A DNA stretch of 64,000 nucleotides, from contig OZ237736.1 in assembly GCA_965178125.1 (NCBI GenBank), forward strand, positions 682,001 to 746,000. The letters are read 5' to 3'. Numbering within the stretch: position 1 is the stretch's first letter; the number at the start of each line of letters is the position of its first letter. This DNA comes from Bilabrum cf. latius. Its lineage: Eukaryota. The notes beneath the pieces are model-generated. The model worked only from the letters and a program-made list of their open reading frames with translations. It was not told the origin of the DNA and ran no database searches. The position numbers were made by a program, and so were the translations under genes. Positions 37,081-46,984 of this stretch are shown here, piece after piece.

Positions 37081-37227
37081 TTATATTTTACCATAGATAA
37101 TTCCAAATCATATTATTCCAATATGATTCCATTCCCATTTCCATTCCCATTTACCTTTAATCCCGTACTAAATTGATACGGATTAAATGCAAAATAATCT
37201 CTGGCTAGATACTCACCCAGAGAAAAC

Positions 37228-37515
37228 TCAATTTGAATCAACTTTCAGCCATTCCCATGGTTTCCTCATGGGTAGCCAATCTACTGGTACCTCCTCCACC
37301 TTGTAGTGCTTTGATACACCTTCTTCAGCATTCTTAACCTTATAAGTTCCTTTCTTGATTAGGTTAACTGTTAACCTACTGATTGGATGCAATTTAAACA
37401 AATCCGAATGCATTTCTGCCAACAGCTTTAGTACCGTATTGCAGTTTCTAACCTAATACACATGCTAACTTTTATCTAGTTCTATCACCTTTAACTTTAC
37501 ATTATGTTTACTCAT
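37228..37515 (-). CDS. Virophage hypothetical protein, 95 aa
   Basis: MSKHNVKLKVIELDKS(Q)HVY(Q).. joins ORF 37228-37422; ends TGA. Confidence 0.55.
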
Positions 37516-37590
37516 TTCTATAATATATCCTATATTTTTTAATTCATTTTTTTAAAAAATAGTTTAAGAACTTTCCTAACTCTATACTAT

Positions 37591-37878
37591 ATGGTAAATA
37601 AATGCACTCACACCTCTCAAACCTCAATCGTTCTTGAAAACAGTGTTCATTATGGAAAACAAGTATGTTCCCATTGTGGCAAATGGCTAAAATGGCTACC
37701 CAATCCTAAAACTGCTATCCTACTCTCAAGGCAAAAACAATGCATCCAAGATTTACTACTCCTGGATTCTCTACCTGATCACTATTGTAAATTTATCTAG
37801 GGCATATCCCAATCCAAACGCCTCTCTCCTAAACAGCAAAAATATCTTTTCGCTCTACATTCTTAGTTCATTAAGTAA
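37591..37878 (+). CDS. Small Zn-ribbon protein, 95 aa
   Basis: CTH..HYGKQVCSHCGKWLKWL..LSPKQ; ends TAA after two TAG. Confidence 0.65.
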
Positions 37879-37880
37879 AC

Positions 37881-38211
37881 CAAATAATATTTGGTTTAGT
37901 TCAGAGGGATCGAACATTTATGAACATTTATGAACATTAAAATGTTCCTTACTTTAATTCGGATTTTATTTGTTTTTATAGGGGTAGAACGTTTTGAACA
38001 TTAAAAAAAATATAAATATAAAAAAAAACGTTTTTCACACATTTTTGAAATTAAAAAATGGTGAAAATAAGGTTTTTTACAAATCAAACCCACCCTCAAA
38101 AACGCTCATTTTTTTTACTTGATCATCGTAGGGAATTTCTGTACGAAATCCGAGGAACGTTAAAATGAGCGTTTTTAGAGTTAATTGCAATGATCAGGCT
38201 TCCGATCTAAA
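37881..38211 (+). repeat. ~330-bp direct repeat, copy 1 (with GAACATT iterons)
   Basis: Aligns end to end with 40879-41209 with scattered substitutions. Confidence 0.85.
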
Positions 38212-38281
38212 CACAAGTTAATTTGATTATAATCAACTTTTTAAAAAACTGATTTAAAAAAATTTAGTGGAATATAATATA

Positions 38282-40873
38282 ATGCAAATTTCGATAACCG
38301 ATTTAGTAAAACCTCTACCTGTGGGATCAACAGTACAAACAAAAATTGTAGTGGATGTAAAGCGCTCCAAAATGGTGGAAAAGCATCTCAACCGTATTTT
38401 GTTTTCTTTAATGGCAGGATCAGATCTGGTAGATATTCGAGCCGAAATTACCAAAACCCAGAATATCTTGAAACGGCATATCGGGCGATCAAAAAAAGCA
38501 ACCATCAATCGAAAGGTGGATTTTACATGCACTAGAGGATTCGGGCGGTTTTACAGTGATGATGGGTTTGTAAATATTACACGACCGATTAGGCATTTCT
38601 TATGCCGAGATAATTACATTGATCTTGATGTTTGTAACTGCCACCCTGTTATTGCTGAACAGTTGTACCCGGTTTTAACTAACAAACCTTCAGTTGCCAT
38701 TAAGAGGCTAAACAATGAACGCAAGCGCATATTTGCCGAATTCTTAGAGGATCACAAATTACCCAAGGATAGCATCAAGAAACTAGGATTTGCTTGTTTA
38801 TACGATGGTAGCATTTAGGGTACTGCAAAACAAATTGGAATCGAGGATCTTCAAGAGCTCACTCACAGATGCAAACAAAACTACGATTTATTTGTTAAAG
38901 CCAAACGGGAGTTTGCTGAAATCATGCAGCATGTAAAACAAATAATGGGTTCTGATTGGGAGTTGTTACCTTGTAATCCCGGTAAAGAAAATACTGATAG
39001 AGCCGATGTAGGCAAACTTTCAAGTTTCTTTCAGCACATTGAACGGTAGATAACCGAGCATATTGCTTTCATTCTGAATGGTAAGTTTAAGTGCAAGGTG
39101 GCTGATTATTAGTACGATGGCGTGTTTTTGCGTGATGTTTAGAGCAAAACGGTAAACACATGGATTCCAGCTATCGAACAGTTCATCTATGAAAAGACAG
39201 GTTTCCGAGTAAAACTGGAAACAAAACGAATGGAAAACTATCAAGTGGATGCTATTTTAGAATCCGATCAAGAAGCACCTGTACCCAAAGAGGTTTAGGA
39301 TTACTTGGATGAAAAAGAACAGCAGGTAATTAAGCATATTGAAAGTAACAATCCTTTTGATCCGTTCTTTCATAATTCGATGGATACAGAACGTGTTCCG
39401 ATAAAACTACATAGCATCATGGATTACAGTAAATTAAACAAGTTACGATAGTAGTATTTCGAGAACTTTTGTGTAAAGATAGAAAATCCTGCGATGTTTG
39501 TACGTGTTTTTCCAGAATCAGGAGATGCTGTAACTATCAATCGCCAAAATCTGTTAGTTAGTTTTGAGAACTTACGGCATGGCAATAAAAACCAACCTTG
39601 GATTACCGAATGCTGGTTAAAATCAGCCTCTATCAAAACCTACACGAAAACTACGTTTGTACCATACACTATCAATCCGCCACCTAACCACATGGTAGAA
39701 AACAAATTCAACATGTTTAAGGGATTCATGCATTCAGTAACACCACCTGATAACTTCAAGATGGATCAAACCAAAATCCAGCCGATTCTAGATCACTTGC
39801 ACGATATTTGGTGTGGTGGTGATTAGATGTGTTACAAGTATATTCTTGATTGGATGGCATCGATTGCTCAAACACCATGGAAAAAATCCTTGGTGGCTGT
39901 TGTTTTGGTTTCAATCAGAGAGGGTGCAGGTAAGAATTCAATCATGGAGTTTTTGAAAGAACATGTGTTTGGCAATTAGTACATTCGTGATGTGAGTAAC
40001 ATTAATGATTTAACCAGATAGTTTAACATGGACGGAATGAAAACCATCTTTACAGTTTGCAATGAGATTGGATCACAGGGTGGTGCTTACCGAAATGCAG
40101 ATTCCTTAAAGGATATGATTACTCGCAAAACGCAGCGGATTGAAACCAAAGGAGTAGATCCAATTCAAATGAGCTGTTTTAATAATTTTATGCTCACATC
40201 ACAGTATTGGAAATGGGTCGCCAAGATTTCCAGTAGTGATCGCAGGTACTTTTGTTTAGATGCAGATAACAAACGATGTAACGATGTTGATTATTTCACT
40301 AATCTGTTTAAGTTTTTAACTCCTGAATCAGGCAAACATTTTTGGTATTACCTGTTATCCCGTGATCTTTCAACAGTAAACCTAAGAAATATTCCAATGA
40401 CTGATTTAAAGCGTGATATGGCATCCTTGAGCTATGATCCATTCATTAAAACGCTGATTGAATTAGAAAATCAAAGAGCTGATGGAGAAGATCGATTTAC
40501 GGCTCAAGAATTAATGCTGTTATACAATCATGTAAATGAACGGGATAGCATAAAATCTACCAGATCGTTTAGTAAACAATTCAAGAAATGGAGCAATGAT
40601 TTCTTTAAGGTTTGCTAGATTGGAAAAACACGAACTAGGGGGTTCTTAATTACACCCGAGGGCAACCTTGAATTGATCAGGTAGGTGCTGAAAGATCCTG
40701 TTTGGTATTTTCCTGATGCCCCTGAAAATGAATATGAAGTACCCGAACCTAAATATGATGATAGGGAGGAATCCAAGCAATCAGAGCCTGTTACTGTTAT
40801 GGTTAAACCTAAGATTCAAGTAAAAGTTCAAAGAGTATATTCTAAGCTTCCAAAGGATATCTGTTTGATTTAA
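38282..40873 (+). CDS. TVpol-type primase/polymerase fused to D5-like SF3 helicase, 863 aa
   Basis: GRFY..IRHFLC..YIDLDVCNCHP, FQHIER, Y(Q)YDG in the N-terminal part; VVLVSIREGAGKNS, VCNEI, SDRRYF in the helicase; one frame via TAG; ends TAA. Confidence 0.8.
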
Positions 40874-40878
40874 AAAAT

Positions 40879-41209
40879 CAAATAATATTTGATTTAGTTC
40901 AGAGGGATCGAACATTTTTGAACATTTGAGAACATTTTAATGTTCCTTACTTTGATACGGATTTTATTTGTTTTATATAGGGTAGAACATTAAGAACATT
41001 TTTTAACTATATATATAAAAAAAAACGATTTCCACACATTTTTGATTTTCAAAAATGGTGAAAATAACGTTTTCTACAAATCAAACCCACCCTCAAAAAC
41101 GCTCATTTTTTTTACTTGATCATCGTAGGGAATTTCCGTACGAAATCCGAAGAACATTAAAATGAGCGTTTTTACGAAATAGAAATAATGATCAGGCTTC
41201 TGATCTAAA
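40879..41209 (+). repeat. ~330-bp direct repeat, copy 2
   Basis: Homologous to 37881-38211. Confidence 0.85.
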
Positions 41210-41405
41210 ATTCAAGGATGCAATCAATCAAGAATACGCCAAGGTAAAGCATATTGAATCCTAGAAGGAGTTTGCACTTGCAATCAAGGAATCCCCATAC
41301 AAATCTGCACTGTTTCGGGCGAGAAAAGCGGGTAAAGTAATATCAGAGGATCTTTACCTATGCATAAAGCAGATGGGATTCAAACAGAAAGGATTAAATC
41401 ATTAA
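41200..41405 (+). pseudogene. Possible 5'-truncated gene remnant
   Basis: Protein-like frame DLKFKDAINQEYAKVKHIES(Q)KEFALAIKESPYKSALFRARK.. ending TAA, with no ATG near its 5' end; abuts repeat copy 2. Confidence 0.35.
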
Positions 41406-41672
41406 CCATTAAATTTTCACGCATTTTAAAACCCAAATATTTCCCTGTATGAGTACACAGAGAGCGTGATTTTAGCGAGTATCTCTGTATTAATTTAAAT
41501 GCACTTAATACGGAATAAATCTTAGAAATCATGAAATCGTTTGATCGTGGTTTGGGGGGAAAATTGATCCGTGTTCACCCTATTTGTCGAGGCATGGTAA
41601 GAGGGGGGATTCGTTTTCGGACAACAATAGGTTTTCTTTGCAAAAAGAGGACCTCTGAAAAGCATTCCTCTA

Positions 41673-41680
41673 AAAATTGA
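41673..41680 (+). promoter_or_regulatory. AAAATTGA motif (mimivirid early-promoter-like) upstream of the tyrosine recombinase
   Basis: Exact octamer ending 30 nt before ATG 41710; second copy at 41560-41567. Confidence 0.45.
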
Positions 41681-41709
41681 TTTAGAGGTATCTGATCAAA
41701 GTAGATAAA

Positions 41710-42963
41710 ATGGAAGAAACACGAAAACTAACTGAATGGATTAGGGTGGGTTACTCGGGGTTGAGTTCGAAAACCATCAACAATAAGCTGGGCACGGCTC
41801 GTAACTCGATTGTGCCTTTCTTGGAGCAGCATGGTTTGAGCCTAGAGCACCCGATCCCCAAGGGTGCAGATGAGAAGCGGTACTACGAGCTGCTTCGAAC
41901 TTTCGCTGAAACGCGCCCAAGGAAATCCACATGCCCCACTAAGAGCACTAGCCACTCCCGTTAGGTGATAATCTAGAGGGAGGTGCAGAGCATGAGTTCG
42001 ATCCTGAAGCAGTACATGGCAACTCACGGAGGATCGGATGAGCAGGTGCAGATGATGGGGATGGTGAGCAAGGTGAGTTATGATAAGGCAAAGGAGGCGA
42101 GTGTGGCAAAAAACACGGTACTCAAACCCGCACCGCCGATTTCCTTGAAGTTGGCAGTGGAGCGATTCGCAGCCAAATCGGTGGCGAGTGTGGATCAGCC
42201 GTGGATGTACTGCCTGATGTATGCTATCCTGCATGTAGCCCCCTTCCGAGCCAAGGTGCTGTAGGCAACCACGATCAATGGGGATGGCTTGAGTAACATT
42301 AGCACTGCTGATAGGGTTTGGAACATTGCGGTGGGCACGGACAAGGGCAAGAGTTCGGGTGATAAGGAGGAGCGTGTGGTGACGATCTCGGCACGGATGG
42401 CGGAGTTGCTGGAACGGCACTACAAGGCAGGTGATCATTTGATTCCTCTCACGGTTAGCCACAAGAGGCGGGTGAAGGAGTTTGGAGCAACCATGAAGGG
42501 GATTAGTATGGCATTGGTGGGTGTGGAGGTGAGTGCATCGGTGTGGCGAGAGATAGCCTGTACCAATCACTACAACTAGCCCAGCCCCCTGACCGACGTG
42601 CAGTTGAAGCACGTGGCATCGATCATGGGGCATTCGGTAGGCACCTCGCTCACGTACAAATCGTACTCGATCGGTGCGGATTAGGTGATTCCGTGTGGGT
42701 TGCTGGCATCCCCCGAGCCAGAGCCCAAGCCCAAGCTCAAGCCCAAACTCAAGCCCAAGCTCAAGCTCAAGCTCAAGCTCAAGCTCAAGCTCAAGCTCAA
42801 GCCCAAGCCAGTGATTCGATTGAAGTCCAAGATCAAGCCAGTGATTCGATTGAAGCCAAAGGCGCAGCTGGTGGTGGGAACGGGTGCTGGTGTGCTGAGT
42901 GGGTTGAGTGAGGAGCAGATGCGTGTGGCACTGGCAGCCTTGAAGGCAATGAAAGCAATGTAA
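41710..42963 (+). CDS. Tyrosine recombinase with basic (KL)n C-terminal tail, 417 aa
   Basis: APFRAKV (Arg), DKGK (Lys), SVWRE (Arg), VASIMGHSVGTSLTY (His, Tyr); five in-frame TAG; ends TAA. Confidence 0.75.
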
Positions 42964-43093
42964 ACAAACTAAATGAATAAAACAAAACGAAGGGCCCTCA
43001 TCTATGGTAGTGATACCATGGGTGTTGTGCCCTTTTTTTTGGCCTCAGAATTTAGTATCTAACCGAATAAACGAAACATGCTCTAGAGATCAA

Positions 43094-43642
43094 TCACCCA
43101 TGGCGAGGGTGGGGGCAATCCACGAAGGTAGCCATCATATCTTTCTTCTGCAACTTTGCCCTGAACACAGCAATGGAGCAACTCTCCTTATCCTTCAAGA
43201 ACTTCTACAACCGCCGAAACTAGGCTCGGGTTCGATCGCTCTTGATGAACTTGGGGAGCTCATCCATCTCGTACTTCTCTAGGGTGCGGTGATCCCGCAA
43301 GAAGGGCTTTAAATCCTGCCACTTGCTCCACGCCACCTCCTCCTCCTCGATCGGCGGCAACGCCCAAGTTACCCGCTTGGTGCCCTTGCGGCTCATCCAG
43401 AACCGCCGCCCCAACCCGAGCTCCTCCAGCAGCACCCGCCGCTCCTTTACATCCCGAGGCACTCCCTCCTGCTCACCCTCTTCCTGCACATCTCCCTCCA
43501 GCAAGAACCCCGTAGCATCACCATCCAACCAGTGGCGGATGGCAAGAGGGCACTTGAGAGGAGGCACAGGTGCAGGTCGAGCGCAGCAGCCCAAAAAACA
43601 CATCAGATCCCCAAACAGGAAAGGGGGCAGCGATGGGATCAT
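43094..43642 (-). CDS. Hypothetical protein in the GC-rich arm
   Basis: ORF 43220-43642 extends through two TAG to TGA 43094; its ATG overlaps the TGA of the upstream gene (ATGA). Confidence 0.5.
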
Positions 43643-44487
43643 TCGAAGCCCCCCACCAGTTTTCCCGAGGTGGGATCACGGCGGCGGTGCTTCTTGGATG
43701 GGCGCCCACGAGAGGGGGCGCGTTTGGGCTTGGGTGAATCTGGATCCACCACAGCCACCTCCTCATCGCTCTCACTCTCGACGATGGTGTGCTTGGGTTT
43801 GCGCTTCGTGGCACGCCCCCTTGATGGCTTGGGCTTGGGCTTGGGCTGCGGCTCCTCCTCTTCGGATTCCCCCACGATGTCGGGCACGAAATCCTCTGGG
43901 CGGCGGCTGCTGTTGCTGCGGTTGGATACCACAGAGAGGGCTAGATCGTCGATGGCAACCTTGATCTGATCCACACGGGGGTTCTTCACGGCCTTGACCA
44001 CCTCTTGGATGATGCGTAGTTGCTCCCGTAGCTTGGAGGCATCGCCCTTGTGGCGGGTAAGGGTGTGGTAATCTCCCTCGAGATCCTGCTTGTCGCTCTC
44101 GTTGAGGCTCATGCCCTTGATCTTGTCGGAGAACTTGGTGAGATCGTTGAGGTGCTCGGCGAACACATCCCTTCTTTGGAAGCGCTTAGCGATGGTTTTG
44201 ATCTCCTTATCCCGATCGGTGAGGCGCTTGCGCATGCTGTCCTCCTCGTTGGCCATCATTTGCAGCAGCTGCAGCCGAATGGGTTTGGGCACAGCGAACA
44301 GAGCTTGTCCCAGAAGGTGTAGTGCCTGATCCTTGATGTGTGCCATAGCCGATTCCTGCACACGTTGGAGAGTGGGCGCGAGCTTCTGGGCGAGCCAGAA
44401 GGCACCAGCAGCCATGGCGCTGATGCCCGAGGAGTTGAGCAGCGCGGGAAACCCCTCCCCAGAAACGAAGAGTGAAGCCACGTACAT
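43639..44487 (-). CDS. Protein with hydrophobic N-terminus, coiled coil and basic tail (~282 aa)
   Basis: MYVASLFV..SAMAAGAFWLAQKL, helical middle region, KPKPK/RGRPSKK tail; start inferred. Confidence 0.55.
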   Translation of the reverse strand: MYVASLFVSGEGFPALLNSSGISAMAAGAFWLAQKLAPTLQRVQESAMAHIKDQALHLLGQALFAVPKPIRLQLLQMMANEEDSMRKRLTDRDKEIKTIAKRFQRRDVFAEHLNDLTKFSDKIKGMSLNESDKQDLEGDYHTLTRHKGDASKLREQLRIIQEVVKAVKNPRVDQIKVAIDDLALSVVSNRSNSSRRPEDFVPDIVGESEEEEPQPKPKPKPSRGRATKRKPKHTIVESESDEEVAVVDPDSPKPKRAPSRGRPSKKHRRRDPTSGKLVGGFE

Positions 44488-44627
44488 GCTGTGATGGAAG
44501 GTGGGAAAGGGTATGGATGGATAGATAACGAGCAAAAATTGTTGGGGCAGCCAAAGGTAGGAGAGCAAAGTAGGGGTGCGTGCAGCTCGATCTAGCCATA
44601 GGGCGGCAGGATTGCACCATTCAAAAC

Positions 44628-44858
44628 TTACATGAAATTGATGATAGCTGAAACGCCTAGCCCGGCAGGCAGCATTTTGGCTCCATTGGGTATGAATCGG
44701 AGAAGCCAATACACCACGCTGCCGATCGAGGCAGTGCTCCATAGCGCCGTAACAACCCTTTCTTCATCGAGTAGTTCGGCGTACATGGGGGTAAAAGTCT
44801 GGAACATTGCAACTGGCCGCGGGGTATCCTCGAACTGGGTAACGCCGGTGCCGACCAT
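44628..44858 (-). CDS. Possible small membrane protein, 76 aa
   Basis: Two hydrophobic stretches (VVTALWSTASIGSVVYWLL; MLPAGLGVSAIINFM); ends TAA. Confidence 0.35.
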   Translation of the reverse strand: MVGTGVTQFEDTPRPVAMFQTFTPMYAELLDEERVVTALWSTASIGSVVYWLLRFIPNGAKMLPAGLGVSAIINFM

Positions 44859-44876
44859 GCGAGAAATGGCGCGGGG

Positions 44877-44923
44877 GACAGGCGTGAGTCCGTTGCGACA
44901 GGCGTGAATCCGTTGCGACAGGC
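44877..44923. repeat. 20-bp tandem repeat (about 2.3 copies) between divergent ORFs
   Basis: GACAGGCGTGA(G/A)TCCGTTGC twice plus GACAGGC; extra TGCGACAGGC at ~44954. Confidence 0.7.
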
Positions 44924-45038
44924 TCGTATCGCAACCGAAATCTGGTTTTCTCATGCGACAGGCAGCAGTACCAAGGGACGGAGGCAACTTGCAGTATCCT
45001 TTCCCGCCTTTGTTTGAAAGATAATAGTGTAATAAAGC

Positions 45039-45788
45039 ATGGATGCAGCAGGCGATGGTGAGAAAGCAGTGGCAACAGCAGGGGATACCAGTGCAGTTGC
45101 TCTGCCTCCCAAGCACCCAGCAGGGGCTTCTAGCAAGAAGCAGCCATCCGCCGCCATCGGTGCACCAGTGGATAGTGGCACAGATAGTTACGATGAGTTT
45201 ATCGGGCAGTTGCACCGCGGGATTTCACGCGAAGGAGCAGGAGAGGCGCCCACTGCCATGGCGCCAAGCAGAGCAGCGCAACCCTCGATTGAGGGGGGGC
45301 AGCCTTTAGCGGCAACCGCGGGGGAGGAATCAGCAAAGGAACATGCTTCTGAAGCAGATCCTTCGATCAGTGATCATGTTGTATTGCCCCGAGAGGCAGC
45401 AAGTGGAGCGGGGGCGGGCGCAGCTGCACTCGCTGCCTCACATCGATCTCGAGAGCGTGGCAAACCTAAGGTAAAGGTAACAAGGGCAAGGAGTAAGCGA
45501 GGTGCTGTATTACAATGGGGTTTCACTGAGGCGGTAATGATTGTGCATGCCCTGCGCTTCGGCTCTCCGATGGTGGACGGGTGGCTGCCAGAGCATGCGC
45601 CTGGCGATCAAACCATGGAGCCTGAATTGGATCGGAGGAGGATGCACAAGCAATTAGATCGGTTGCTTGATGGTTTGAACCTCTATATTGGCGAGGCAGC
45701 AGCGGTGCCTACCAGCGATCCCGCAGTGGTGGATGATCAGGAGATTCCAAATGCGATGGACGCAGAGAGCTTGGGTAGGATTGAATGA
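45039..45788 (+). CDS. Ala-rich hypothetical protein, 249 aa
   Basis: ATG after an AT-rich spacer, ends TGA. Confidence 0.5.
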   Translation: MDAAGDGEKAVATAGDTSAVALPPKHPAGASSKKQPSAAIGAPVDSGTDSYDEFIGQLHRGISREGAGEAPTAMAPSRAAQPSIEGGQPLAATAGEESAKEHASEADPSISDHVVLPREAASGAGAGAAALAASHRSRERGKPKVKVTRARSKRGAVLQWGFTEAVMIVHALRFGSPMVDGWLPEHAPGDQTMEPELDRRRMHKQLDRLLDGLNLYIGEAAAVPTSDPAVVDDQEIPNAMDAESLGRIE

Positions 45789-45892
45789 ATGAACGAGCAG
45801 AATTTTGTTATCAATCCATCACTCGATCCGAAACCCTGCCAAGTACGACTGCCAATCAGCGAATCAGTGTGGCAGCACGGCGCCAAAGCCAA

Positions 45893-46315
45893 TCACAGCT
45901 CCTCAATGATGGCGGGGGGATCTTCCTCGCTTGGATCAGCAGCCATTCCCCAGCTGCGCTTTGGAACTTTAGGTACATCGCGCTTGATCACGGTACTGGG
46001 TTCCAGAACGGCGTTGAGGATGGCGGTAATGCACATCGGCTTGGGCTTTCGCGCGGGTAGCGTTTGCAGCCACAGCGAGAAGGTAGTTTCTCCGCCGAGC
46101 TCTTCGTACTTATCAACTAGATCTTGGTACGAATCAATGCCGTGGGTGTGCAGCGCCTTGAACAGCTTGCCCTTCATGCCTCCGCGTAGGCAATCGATTG
46201 CATTGAGCGGTGGCGGATCGCTTGTGCTGTACCGCTGCACCTTGGTAGCGAGTACCCCAGTGCATGCGAATGTTGAAGCGATCACAAGCAGGAAACTAAT
46301 GCCCCGAGAAATCAT
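45893..46315 (-). CDS. Hypothetical protein with possible BAF-like helix-hairpin-helix domain
   Basis: IDCLRG..KLFKALHTHGIDSYQDLVDKY..FSLWLQT pattern; hydrophobic N-terminus; ends TGA. Confidence 0.4.
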   Translation of the reverse strand: MISRGISFLLVIASTFACTGVLATKVQRYSTSDPPPLNAIDCLRGGMKGKLFKALHTHGIDSYQDLVDKYEELGGETTFSLWLQTLPARKPKPMCITAILNAVLEPSTVIKRDVPKVPKRSWGMAADPSEEDPPAIIEEL

Positions 46316-46404
46316 TCTTGCTGATTAATTTGTGCGGTAAACGGCGGTGCGGGATGAGCGAACTCACAGAGAACCTTCCCCAGATCGGCGCTCCCCTCCC
46401 GCGT

Positions 46405-46697
46405 GGGGACCCCGCAGAATAATATGGAGACCCCCAAATTTCTCTCCTCTGCAAGAGGAATAGAACCCGAGATGTGAAACGTAGCAGTGTAACTCAGTGC
46501 GTAATTTTTGGCAGTTGAAAATTTCACCTGCAAAAAAAATGATTTTTCAGCAACTTAAATTTCCACCCTCTACCCGTTTTATGGAAAGAATTACTTATAA
46601 CAAAAGAAAAATGTACATAAAAAATACCCTACTCTCACACACCACATACCAGGGGGACCTCCAAATTGGAGGTCCCCCTGGTATGTGGTGTGTGAGA
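46405..46697 (-). repeat. Right terminal inverted repeat (293 bp), outer 65 bp palindromic (46633-46697)
   Basis: Reverse complement of 18568-18860, followed by the TSD ACTCA. Confidence 0.95.
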
Positions 46698-46984
46698 ACT
46701 CAGACCCCATAGCTGATTGAATCCGACAGAGTCTTCGCTTGTCATCGCTCGTTCTGGTCGATACCTGGGAAGGTTGGTTGCATAGGCACGCTAGACTGGC
46801 AGCCTCGCAACTAGAGCTCGGCTGGCTCCTGGGCTGCTGTAGGGTTGGCTTGTCTTCATCGTCACGATGTTCTTGGAGCCCATCGAGAACTCTGCAGATC
46901 GATGATAGGCCTGTGCCAATCTTTCGGACATTTCCGTGTGATCAGACATGCATAGATAAAATGAGTACCATGTTTCACGGATTA

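Larger units (their letters stand above)
18568..46697. mobile_element. Endogenous virophage (Mavirus/EMALE-like provirophage), 28,130 bp, apparently complete
   Basis: 293-bp TIRs, 5-bp TSD ACTCA (18563-18567 and 46698-46702), sharp drop in GC against the flanks, and ATPase, protease, penton, MCP, rve integrase and primase-helicase genes. Confidence 0.93.

Noticed and set aside
41710-46404. Nested Ngaro/DIRS tyrosine-recombinase retrotransposon
   Set aside because: No reverse transcriptase/RNase H motifs or split direct repeats were found in this arm.
18568-46697. Decayed viral fossil full of nonsense mutations
   Set aside because: Interruptions are exclusively TAG, with no frameshifts or internal TAA/TGA seen; essential host genes show the same pattern and the TIRs and TSD are intact.
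18568-46697. Bacterial prophage or canonical Polinton
   Set aside because: Flanks have spliceosomal introns and eukaryotic genes; no terminase, tail or pPolB gene was recognised; capsid sizes and motifs fit virophages.
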